Source of the DNA: Octopus sinensis | Lineage: Eukaryota | Direction: 5' to 3' | Length of the DNA stretch: 64,000 nt | NCBI RefSeq assembly: GCF_006345805.1 | Contig: NC_042997.1 | Span: 164,362,001-164,426,000 of the forward strand | In this document: positions 40,001-52,000 of the stretch, one piece after another | How positions within the stretch are numbered: position 1 is the first letter of the stretch | How the letters are laid out: each line of letters opens with the position of its first letter | Translations under genes and position numbers: made by a program | The notes under the pieces: model-generated | What the model was told of the DNA's origin: nothing | The model's input: only the letters and a program-made list of their open reading frames with translations | Database searches by the model: none

Positions 40001-43000
40001 TTTGTCCTGTATTCCTGCTGTAGTGGGATGGATTTTTTATGTCCCCCACTAGAGCAGTAAAGGGCTTTAGAAGGGTTAATATATTTGTTTGTCTGTCATG
40101 CAGCAGGCACTCATAAAGTTGTTGCAGTCGTTGCCTCTCGTTCCTCCTCAACAGAATCTTACCATTGTGGCACTTGTATGCTGTGCAACCCAACTGCGTG
40201 TCTTCCTTGCTAGTTAAAGACAGCCCTGTATCTTCTCAGGTAAGTTATTTCCTGCTCTGCAGAAAACTGCAGCCCTTTTATTTCAGCATTATAGTGTACT
40301 ACAAAGGAAACCAGCTGGAAAAGAATAAAATAACGCAGTCATATTTATATATATTCTCTTCTGCAAAGATTCTTATTGTTTGAAAATGTTCTATCACAGC
40401 AGTACAGTCACTTAGACAATTCCACTACTTTTTAAAAAATTTTTTTTATTTTTACCTTCTTTGTATTAGCTGATATTAAATATTTTATTTTCAAATCACA
40501 AAGATGGATAGCTCTGAAAAGAAGCATTTATCACAATAATACCTTCTATTGAAATAACTGTTTTTAATTCATTTTTATCATCCTTTTTTTTTCTATTTTT
40601 TAAGTTTGAAGTTAGTTTCATCTAGTTAATTTTTAAAAGAATTAATATTGCTTTCATCTAAAAGTTAACAAAACTGAAATATTTATTGGGCTGTTACACC
40701 TGATTTGGTGAAGTTGAATGTTGGAAGTGAGTTTTAAGAGTGAAATTGTAATTTCTCCTCCCTTATGCTTTAGATGCAGTCTATTGATATGCTAAATTCT
40801 TACAATAATAATTGTATCTTTAGGAGATCAAATATAAAGATCTTTGTTTAAGTACTCTGGCAGTTTATGCAAAAGACTCTGCAGGTTTTTGGATAAACTA
40901 TTATTGCAGCATTATCATCAGTCCTACTAGAAATATTCTATTGCTATTTGGAGCAATAATTTTGATTTTTCATCTTTATATATATATATATATATCATAC
41001 AACTTCTCAAAATTTAAGTACAAGAAATTTCTTCTTAGACTCCTTAAGTTACAAATCATTATAAACATTTTCATTTAGGAACCAGCCTTGAAACATTTTG
41101 AATGGTTTCAATAAACAAATTTGCCACTAAAATACATAATTTTTATATTTGTTACAGTTTATCACAAACTTTATTCAGCAGTCTTTATTTCACTTCCTCC
41201 AAACAAACTACTGAAAATATTGGATGTTTAATCAGTAGGTCTCAAGCAGATGAAATGGGTGTTTTGCTTGTATGTATGTATTTATGTGAGTGAGTGAAGT
41301 GGATAACTGGTGGAATACATTGTTATGAGGTGTTTTTAAATAACTAACTTATTAATCTCAAATTGTACAAAGAAACATTAGAATTATTTCACTAAGTAAG
41401 AGTAAAATATTGTTTAAGGACACAGCAAATGGAATGGTCAATTTATTCTGGTGTGCACCTGTTAGCTTGATAAACTTAGATTTAAATATTGATGAAATAA
41501 TTCTTTGAAATAAGGTAAATATGATTTAGCTTGTTTTTCTGCAACAAAATGCAAAATAATTCGAAAATATCTTAATGATGCCTGGGATTTTTTAAAATAT
41601 GTAAATAGTTTTCATTCTGTTTCATTTTAAATGAAGTGATCAAAAATGGATTTAAAGTTCCTAGTTATTGAGTATTTAAGTAGTAATGTTTCCTGTATCA
41701 ATTCTTGTGTAATCACAAATGTTATGCTCTATTGCTTCCACAAATAATTTTTACTCAGAACCCTAAAGTAAGCCACAGTCTGATCATTCAACCAGCTAGA
41801 AATATCCCCTATATAACATTCTACCTAAGTAATGAAATGACATATTAGATAATGTACCCCAAGATAACTTGGATGTAGTTGGCATTAGGAATAATATAAA
41901 GCTATTAAGAGATTTTTTTCTAAATATTTGATAACTTGCTCGTCTAAAAAAATACCATTCAAAGTAATCTAAGAGCCTGGCTACTTGGCTCATTTTAGGA
42001 AAATGATGTTTGAAATCCTTTCTGTAAGAATTATTTTGTAGTAGAATATTATCTTCTTATTTTTTTCTGGCAATAGTCCAGATGAAAAGAGTTGATGTAA
42101 CATATTAGTGCTTATTAGGAGAAAAATCAATTCACTTGAAGCGCATTTTATATTTGATTTTTTATCTTTTTAGCTATTTTTGCATTAAGTGTTGTAAGAA
42201 TTATTTGATGGTTTGGTTGTAGCTGAATAGTAACTACTCAATTACTGGTTTCGATAATTGTTAAGTTTACGAGATTGTAATGAAATTTGATTAGTGCTTA
42301 TCTTTTTAAATAAATGCTTTCAGTTGTTATTTATTAATCATCTCTAATCAAACAGACTGCTTATGGTAGTGGTTAGTTTGATAGCAGCAATGGCTCAACA
42401 TATTAGATCTACTCTTTTTTTTTTTAACTTATTAAAGTTTAGTGATAGGGATTGCTATGTGAATGACTTCTTTGCCTTCAGAATGAAAGGAAGGTGTGGA
42501 AAATAAAGCTTTTAGAGTTCTCATTTCATAGCATTACGACATACGAATGCATAATAATGTAATGTCATTCCATTTGTTCTCTAATGCTAAACCAAGTACT
42601 TATTTATTGACTAGATAGATTCAAGACTATTTTATTTGACCTGGTACGTGTTGTTTTTAGTTTAAGCAAGTTTTAACGATATATAAATATTCATTCATTC
42701 GTACCAAGGGCGATAAATATTAGAAATACCAAGAGGAGTTTTCTCCCCATCTCGTTGTTATATTGGGTCATCCTATAAATAATGTGGCTTTTTCAATTGC
42801 ATGAAAAGCCGGAGGAGGACAGGATATATACCTGCATCAACTTGCTATAAATGCAAGTAGCTATTTTACCTTGTCCTTGTTTCTGCAAATTTTGAAGAAT
42901 GCTGTTCGATTTTAGCAGTTACTTTTTTAAAGCTCTAATGGAAGTGACAAAGCATATTCAGCCTATTTTGCTTTATGAGTTCAGTAAAGTTAATGCACCA

Positions 43001-46000
43001 GAAAGTGCAGGGAATATTAATGCAGTATATGGGGATTGGACATTAAGTGTAAGCCAGTGTCAATGGTGGTTCCAGAAGTTCTGAACCAGGAACTACAGCC
43101 TGGAAGATCTGTGGAGTTTGATGAGGACAGCCTGCAAATCTTGGAACAAAATCCCATCATAATTGTTGAGGAACTAGCAGAGTAGCTTGAATTTGGTCAT
43201 TCAACCACTGATCAACACTTGCGTGTCATTGGAAAAGTCAGCAAATTGGATCAGTGGGTTCCTTACAAACTTTCTGAGTCTAATCACATGGAGAGACTGA
43301 ATGTGTGCTCTTCTTTGCTGTCATGTCTCACAAATGAAGCTTTTTGGGACCAAATAGTGGACGGGTGACAGGTTCTCTATAAAAGTGTTGGGCACTGAAA
43401 ACTGGGAAAAGGAGGAACACCAACACCCCAGGCTAAAATTATTCACCCACATAAGGTGTTATCTGTTTGGTGGAATATGAAAGGTTTAGTCCACCTTGAA
43501 CTTTTAAATCCAAATCAAATGATAACAAAGGAGATATACTGCAAGCAGCTTAAGTAGGCGCTAGAAGTAAAGCGACCATCTTTGGTTCCAAGATGAAAAG
43601 TGAATGCTCGGTCACATAGAGCGAGGATGACATTCCATAGGTTGGAGCAATTTAAATGGGAAAGTATGCCCCACCTACCATATTCGCCAGACATTACTCA
43701 TCTGATTATCATGAATTCTGTAGATGAGGTCAGAACAGTACTGGAGGAGTATTTTTCGTCATGGACAAGTGAATTTTGGAAGAGCATTGTAAAAAATGAA
43801 GTAGATTATATTTTAGAGCAAAAAAGAATTTTGTTTATCTTAATTTTGAAAAGTAAAAGAAGTATAAGAAAACCGCGTTATTTATGGAGAAAAGGATTAT
43901 CGAAAATGTTGGTTAGCCTACGCATTTTACTGTTTTTAATATGTGCTTTGGGAAAAAGAAGACTATATATTAAGTGTGGTATGGATCTATACATCAGGAA
44001 CCTAGCACATTAAATTTACTAGAATTTTTTTTTTTTACTGGCCCCTAACAATAGATGGTGGGGTGTTGTCTTGTGTGTGTATGTACCTGGTATATGAAAG
44101 TTGTGGAGAGCATCTGCATATACTGCTGTGAATTGGTTTAGTAAATAGTTTCTGTGTTTGAATGTTTTGAAACACTTTAGATTTTAAGAGAAAATATAGA
44201 AAAGCTGGTCTTATTTAAATTCCACACTATCTTTGTGAGGATGTAGAACTTTTAGCACTTGGAAGTGTAATCAAGTTTATGGATTTGTATAGCTTTCAGT
44301 ACCAATGCTTTGGTGCAGTCCTCCGAGATCTTCCAGATTTTAATTACTGCTTTTTCATGTTTTTATTTGTCCAGTATTTCAGTTGATACATAGAAGCAAT
44401 TTAGGTCTGTTGTATTGCTTCCATTTCATCAGTGAAGTTGGTATTATAAAGTGCCTTTTGAGAGGAGTAATTTTATTTGAAAACTAAGAACAAGTATCTT
44501 TTGACTGGTTGTTGTTTTCTAAATATTCTCAAGATTCCATCCTGCTAGTAGTTTGCAAATTGTCATATTTCATTAATATAACTCTGTAATAGTAACATTA
44601 CTTGTTATCTGTATGTGTCACCTGGATTCTGATTAGGTATTGCATTACCTTGTACATCTACGTTGCAATGTGTTACAAGGCTCATAAGGAATGTGTTGTT
44701 TCCATCAAATCAGTGTCTTTCTGTAGGTTTTTGACACCATTGAGACTCTTATTTACTTTTGATATTTTAATGTTATTGTTAGTAAAGATGGTAGTTCTGA
44801 GTAACCAGGGTTATATTTCAGAGAGCTGTTGAAATCAGCTTTACAAATATTTGAAGTTTTAAGTTTAGGGATGGAGTTATCTTCTAGAATATCTCAAAAG
44901 CTTTCTGTTTAAGTTGCATCTTTCATTAGAAGAAAAAGAAAAAAGTATTTGGTTTTTGGTAGCTATAAACATTTCTAACACATTGAAATTATGGTGATTA
45001 CAAAGTACTGAATTAGACTTGATCTGCCTTGAAGTTCTTTTTTTGTTTTTAAGATTTAAATAAACTATTATTGAAGAAAGAATTCAAAAACGATATAATC
45101 AGTGATCTACTTGCTTTAAAGATAGGTCAGCCAAACCTTTTTATTTTTCCTTTAGCATCAATGTGGCCTTTGTTTTATTTTTTATGTAGAAAATTTTTAA
45201 TTCTATAAACCCTTTTGAAGACTTGTCAATGTAGCAGTGTTTTTGAATCCTTAAAATTTTCATAATCAAAACCGTGCTCATTCTAAAATAGCATTTTCAT
45301 GTGTGCATGTATATGCACATGTGTCTATGGGTGTAGTGTGTATGTATGTAAGTTGTTTGTGTGTGTACATGTATGTGTACTTGCATGTGTACAGGTGGCC
45401 CATAAATTGGCTTAATATATAATATTATAGTAATGCTATATATATATTACATATATATATATATAAAGCATAATTTTTCCTGCATTCTTGCTTTCATTGT
45501 TCTTGTTATATTAAATTTGGTTCTTGGATAGATCTTTTTCTTTTGTTATTAACATTCTTATCTTATTGTTCTTTTGTAGGAGCTTCATTGCCGAGATGAA
45601 AATCTATGTCAAATCTATTGGGAAGCGTAAGTATTTTAAAAGAATTAAAGATGTTTCTTTTATTAATGTTATATATTTTTCTGTTTTATAGACTGATTCA
45701 AAATGTAACAATGCTTTACAATTTTATTTCAAAATGTCCAAGCAGCTAAAATCTTTAATGCCCATTTGACGAAAAGAAAAACATTCTCATGTATAATTAT
45801 TTATAACTACTTTTTAACTTTCATTTGATTTTCTTTTTTTCTTTTCTCTCTCATGTTAGATGTATCATCACGAGAGCATGGTTCAAATAAACAAGTGGCT
45901 TCCAAATCATGTGCTTTGTCTTTGGTGCGCCAACTCTATCACATGAATGTTATTGAAGCTTACACCGGTTTGAAGAAAAAGAAAGATGCTGATAAGGTAT

Positions 46001-49000
46001 GTTTTTAAGGAATTTTATCACTCTAGTAAAGCCTTTCCTTGGGTGCATTTTGGAATAATTATGTGGAGAGTTGTAGTTGTACCACTGGTGTTTGAACAGT
46101 ACCTGTATACTATGTATCACATATTCTTTTGGTTCTTGCTTCATAGAACATCTATTGGGAAAATTTCAAATTTTTTAGGTGATTACTCATAATTGTCTCT
46201 TTCAATGTCGTTATTGCTTGCAAACCCAACACACTGTTGTGTATTGTGACATAGAGCCTACAAAATGCTTTAGGTCTTGATAAAATACCTTTATTCCATA
46301 TATCATGTTTTTAAAAAGTAATCGTTACACTTAAACTATTTGTAAATATTTTTACTATTGGGTGTAAACAACGCATTGTACTGTGGGGTGGTTTTAAAAA
46401 AGAAAGGAAGGATTTGAAATGCATGTGTAGATGTTTACTAATTCAAGTGGGAGCAGGTCAAGTGAAATTGTTTGTGGAAGAAATGGGAGTCTTATGGTAT
46501 TGTACAAGCACACAGTTGGAAAAATATATAATGGTGGGAATGACATGGAGAATTGAATGATGGACTACAGGCTTAAGATATCTGTAGCTATTTTGTCAAT
46601 GAATGCTGACCAGTTTCTCATATATATATACATATACACTACAACATAGAATTGACATTTAATACAGCAAATGACATTTTTAGAGATGCAGGTAAAGTGA
46701 TCTGTAACATGGAAAGTGGACTTGGTGGAGCTATGTAGGATGGTAATGTTGTGGAAAGGTGGTTTTTGAATAGAAGTGGAAGCAGCAAAAGATCCACCTT
46801 AAGTGTGGCAAAATCTAAAAGAACTATGCACTAGGAGATTGCCCAGTGTTGTTTTTGAAGGAAGGGTACTCAGAAAAAATAATGGTAGTAAGGTTGGAAT
46901 GGAAGAATTGAAGTTGTGTAACTGAATGAAAAGTGTAGAAGAAAGCACCAAGCTGGTGGTGAGGTGGAATTGAATCAAGAGGATAGAAATGCAGCCAATA
47001 ACTAAGAGTGTGTGGCAACAAGGTATACTGATAACTGGTTGGAAGTATTCATGTTGGTAGAAGTGGCATACATGGGATGATTAGGCAAAATTGAGATTGA
47101 AGTGAAATCAGTAGGTTCTGAAATGATGCAAGTGGAGAAATTGTTATGGTCATAAGAAACAGATCTCAAAGAGGTTGACAGAGGTGTTAGAGGGTAAATA
47201 AATTTTAAGTTGAGATGGTAGGAGATGCGTTTTTTTTTGTTTTTTTTTTGTGAGTAAAGGAAATGGCACCGATAACAACTATAGCTGTAGAATGAGATGG
47301 CTAACAGACAAGTTTGTATAGGTAAGGCTCATTGTAGTGTGCATGGCCACCACAGTAAAGTGATTCTAAAAGTGTCTGTAGGAAAAGCAGTTGAAGGTTT
47401 GCTGTTGGTTTTAAGAAAGCAAAAGGCAATGAGTTCTGGTCAAGAGATGCTGGCCCTTCTGAGTATGAAAATAGTCCACAGTGTTGTGACACAAACTGTG
47501 TGTTCATTGGAGTGGGTGTTTCGTAAAGCAACTGGTTTCTGGATGCAGTGTGTTTAGTGTTAAGCTTGTTGCTTATTGCAATACAAGAATTATTTGATTC
47601 TGGTCCAGCTCTAGAATTCATCCACAAACAGGTGGAACCCCAGCAAAACACTCAGTTTCAGAGGATAATTGGTCTGTGGATAATCACAGCCATATGTGAT
47701 GGTGCAATGGATTCAAAGATGGGTGAGAAAATGTCAAAGAAGTTAACTGAGATAGTGGATGTAAAGGGCAGTGGAGTGAAAACTAAAATGATGTGCTGGT
47801 GGGGTAGGAAATAGTATTTGTAAATGTCTCAGCCTAATGTAGAGAGCTGGTAGTTAGCAGAGTGGGTGATAGTGTGCATGAGCAAATGAGGTAAGTTGGT
47901 CTTATCCTTCTGCCTTTATAGAGGAGGCAGAAGGGTAAGATTGTGGTTAAACTACAACTATGGAAAATAATGTAGCTGAAATGTTTTGGTAATATATGGA
48001 TAAATAGATGCAAGGATGTATGGTGGTAACTAAGAAGAAAAGGATTAGAAATTAAGGTTGTGATGCAGATTGTAGAAAGAGAGAGAGAGAAAACTTTATG
48101 CTCAGCATAGAGAAGATACATCTCAGGAAGTTGGTGTAATAGAAGAAATCCAGTATCAATGTAATTCAAGATGGGTTTGCATCTGTACAGTTTTCATATA
48201 TATACATGTATCATCATCATTTGACATCCAGCTCATGCAAGCATATTAAAAATGAACTTAAAATTTGACTATTATAATCTACTAGTTCTGTGTGTATATT
48301 GTGTGGTTGAGAATTTAATGATAATAATACAGGTATTTGAACCAAGTGTGCTTTTACTTCATATCATTTACAGATACCACCATTTGAAGTTTCCATTTGT
48401 CCTGAATTGGAAACTAGTCTGGATGAAGCTTTGAATGCATGGAATATTGAGCCTATTCAAGTAGTAAGTTGTTTACTTATTATTAAATAATAAATTTACA
48501 GTATTTTAACTTGATGCCTTTTACATAACATTTTCTCATTAACCATTTAATTTCTATCTATATTTTAAAGCCTGCTGAAATTTCCCCGGAGCCATTCTCA
48601 CTAGTAACTCATACTCAACTGGATGAATTTGTTCCTGCACCTAAACGTCCTCAACCAGGTGTGGTTTCTTGGTGTCCACCACAACCCAACTGGAACCCTT
48701 GGACAAATTGTAACATCGACGAAGGTCCTTTGGCTCATGTGAGTAAAGCATTTTATTGTTGCAAGAGAGTGCCATGTGTCTCCAAAATAAAAGAATATAA
48801 ATAATGATGATATGAAAGGAGTGGCAGAAAGCTGAAAGTATGTGTGGAATTCTTGTATTGTGTCAAGAAGTTTGGGTTCTTGTTCTAGTGGAAGTAACCT
48901 CTTTACTGGCATATCTTTTTTTTTTTTAACTATTATATATACATAAAAGGAACTGCTTTGCCTGAGCAGGTTTTTCAACTAATGGTCTGATCTTTATGTA

Positions 49001-52000
49001 ATTATAAATCCAGAAAGATGCATTTGTAAAATTAGTTGTACAGAATTAAAATGGAACCTACAAATGTATAATATAGTGATGCAGTATTAACTGTCTCTTA
49101 GATGTTGTTTACTGTCAAGCTAACTCTGATCAGATGAATCCAGCTGTGATCATCCTGTCATTTTATGACTATCTAGGAATAAGGCTTGAAAGTTATTGGT
49201 TGGTTATATGTTTACTTATTACCATTAATATAAAAAAAAAAGTATGTTGAAACAATAGATCCTTCCAGAAATGCTTTTTTTTTTTCATCAAATTGGAGTC
49301 AATAAAAGTACCTGTCAATTTTTAGGGGCAGATTTAATTAACTCCCCCTGTCTATTCATATGACTTTGCATCGGTTAGAAGTGATTATTATTTATTTATT
49401 TTCTGTGATTATTGTTATTTAGGCCTCAATGGAACAAATCAGTCAGGATGTGTACCGGTCACTAGAAGAACAGAGAGCCAATGATAGAGATCTTCAGGCT
49501 GTAAGTCCTCATTGCTTAATTGCATATGTTACTATATTTTTATGTCTGAGACTATATATCTTTATTGCTAATAATTTTGGCAATAAACTTGTATGTTAAA
49601 TAATATTTATTTTGAAAATATTAAATGTCGATAGGTTTTAGTTCAATTATTTGAGCATTGATTCCCTTTTTTGTTAATGTTGCCATGAATCAATTTAAGC
49701 AGAATCAACACCAATGAACTTGTGTTAGTATAGCATTTTAACTTTACTATCATATTTTCCATACTCTTAACATTTTCTTGTGAGAGTCATACATGTGGAA
49801 AGAATTAGAAAATTATTATTTTTTAGCAGGTGTTTGTTAAATGAAGCATAGATAATCTATTCCAGTATGACTAAAATTAAATGTCAATACACCATTATAA
49901 TATTTTTTTTAAACATCTTTCATTGAATTTTTCCTGTCTTCAGATGCTCCATGATCGAAGCAAGTTACCTATCAATCAATCTAGAGATCATATTGTACAA
50001 GTTATTAAATCTTCCCCGGTTGTTCTCATAAGAGGAGAAACTGGATGCGGTAAAACAACACAGGTAATTGATTCTGTTCTTTTATTTGTGAAAGAAATTA
50101 AAAAATTACTTGGTGCAAATTGAGATTGCAAAATGTGCAAGTAAAAGTAAATATGCAGGTTTAAGTGCTCTTATTGCTCACATGGTCAAATCACAAGTCA
50201 AACTTTAAAATATAGGTACTGAAAGATGATGATAGTCCTTTTAGATATTGTGTCTTATAAGAAAAAAAAATGGTTGTGGCTGGAAGGCTTTGAATGGATG
50301 AGATTGAATGAATATTTGAAAATTTCATATGTAAATCCCAATTTTTATTGCCTTAACCCTCTCATGACTATATTTCTGACCAAAATACACCCTTCATGAG
50401 TTCCAATTAAATTCTAAAATAATCATGAATTTAGACTGGTTTCATTAAACAACTGTAACTTTTTTACTTATAAACATATTAATATGACATTTAGAACATA
50501 ATTGAAGAAAGGGTTCTTAATCAATTCTGTTGCATAATTTTTGTCTCAAAGTGACTCTAATTAGAGGTAAACTGAGCAAAATGTAAAAATATTTAAATTT
50601 TGTTTAAACATTACCATAGAAAATGAGTCATCGGTTAATATTCATTTGGGTATGCAATAAAATTTTGATATAGAATTGTGTACATCAATAGATTATCAGT
50701 TGAATTTAATGCACAGAAGAACAGGTGTACCATAAAGGTAGAATAAACTGAAATACTAGAATTTGTTTTTGAAAAATGAAATATACTCACACACATACAT
50801 GAATACACAGGAACATATATAACAAAGATTTACAATAGAAATTAAATCACACTCACCTTACAGGCAAATTAAAATAAAAAGTGAAACAAAGTAAATTTGA
50901 AAAGTATTATTTATACAATCTATTATACATATATACAATATTTCTATCATGGAAAGTTGTAAAACATCCCACTCTACATACTGCAACCTTGCAGAATACA
51001 CATTGGAAAGATGTTTCAATTGGCCATCCACTGGGAGTTTTTCTTTGTAGTAGTAGACATTCGTTACATTGCCTTTTGTCCCCTCCCCCATTCCCCCCCC
51101 TCTAATTTATGAAGATCAGCAGAGCTCAAAGGGATATCTCTCTGGCAGGCTTTGCTTTTCCTTCTTGGAGTTATTTTCTGGGAGGAATAACCTGCCCACA
51201 ACTGCGTTGCTACATCTGCTTGGAACTGCAGATGGTCGCACTGCTTGTGAGCCCCTCCTGATTTGGTATATAATATAAATGCATTTACAATGCTCATGTT
51301 TACTATATACCAAACCAGGTATCGCCACCATTTATACCCATTCTACCAACCGGATAATAACTCATCATATGGTTCAGCCGATCCACACCGCCCATGTACC
51401 TGTTATAATCAAGGTTCACAAATGGGGTGCCATTTTCATCTACACATGGTTGTGCACTGGTAGATATAAAATTTATCTGCCTCTTATCTCTGTATGCGGT
51501 CGCTAGCAGATTTCCTTTCTGCCATTGGATTATTTCACCTCTTTTTTTTAAATTTTGCTTTTACTATATCCAATGGCAGCCCTTTTCTACTAGCAATTAC
51601 TGTAGCACACATATGTCTAAATCCATCGCAAGTTTGTCCAAACTAAAAAAATCAATCAAAAAATAATGTACGGCCCTGGTTATGGTATGGAAGTGATGAA
51701 TTCCAGATCACATCGTACCCTAGGCCATGTTGACTAACATTATTGTCTCTTTTCCCTGTATAAAAACTAAATCCACAGCAGTACCCAGTATTTGCTTCGC
51801 AAATTTTCCAAACTTTGATCCCCCATTTCATGGGCTTTCTTGGCATTTACTGTCAGAAGCGTACCCTTCCTTTATATTTCACCATGCCCTCATCAACGGG
51901 TAAGTATCTCTCAGGGTTGTAAAATATTTTATATGCATTTTGAATGCAATCGATGAGGGGTTTTATTTTACATAAGGGGTCAAAGTTTGGTTCTCCGCGT

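Noticed and set aside
48601-48978. 125-aa minus-strand ORF
   Set aside because: Antisense to a DHX9 exon and its intron; no independent signal.
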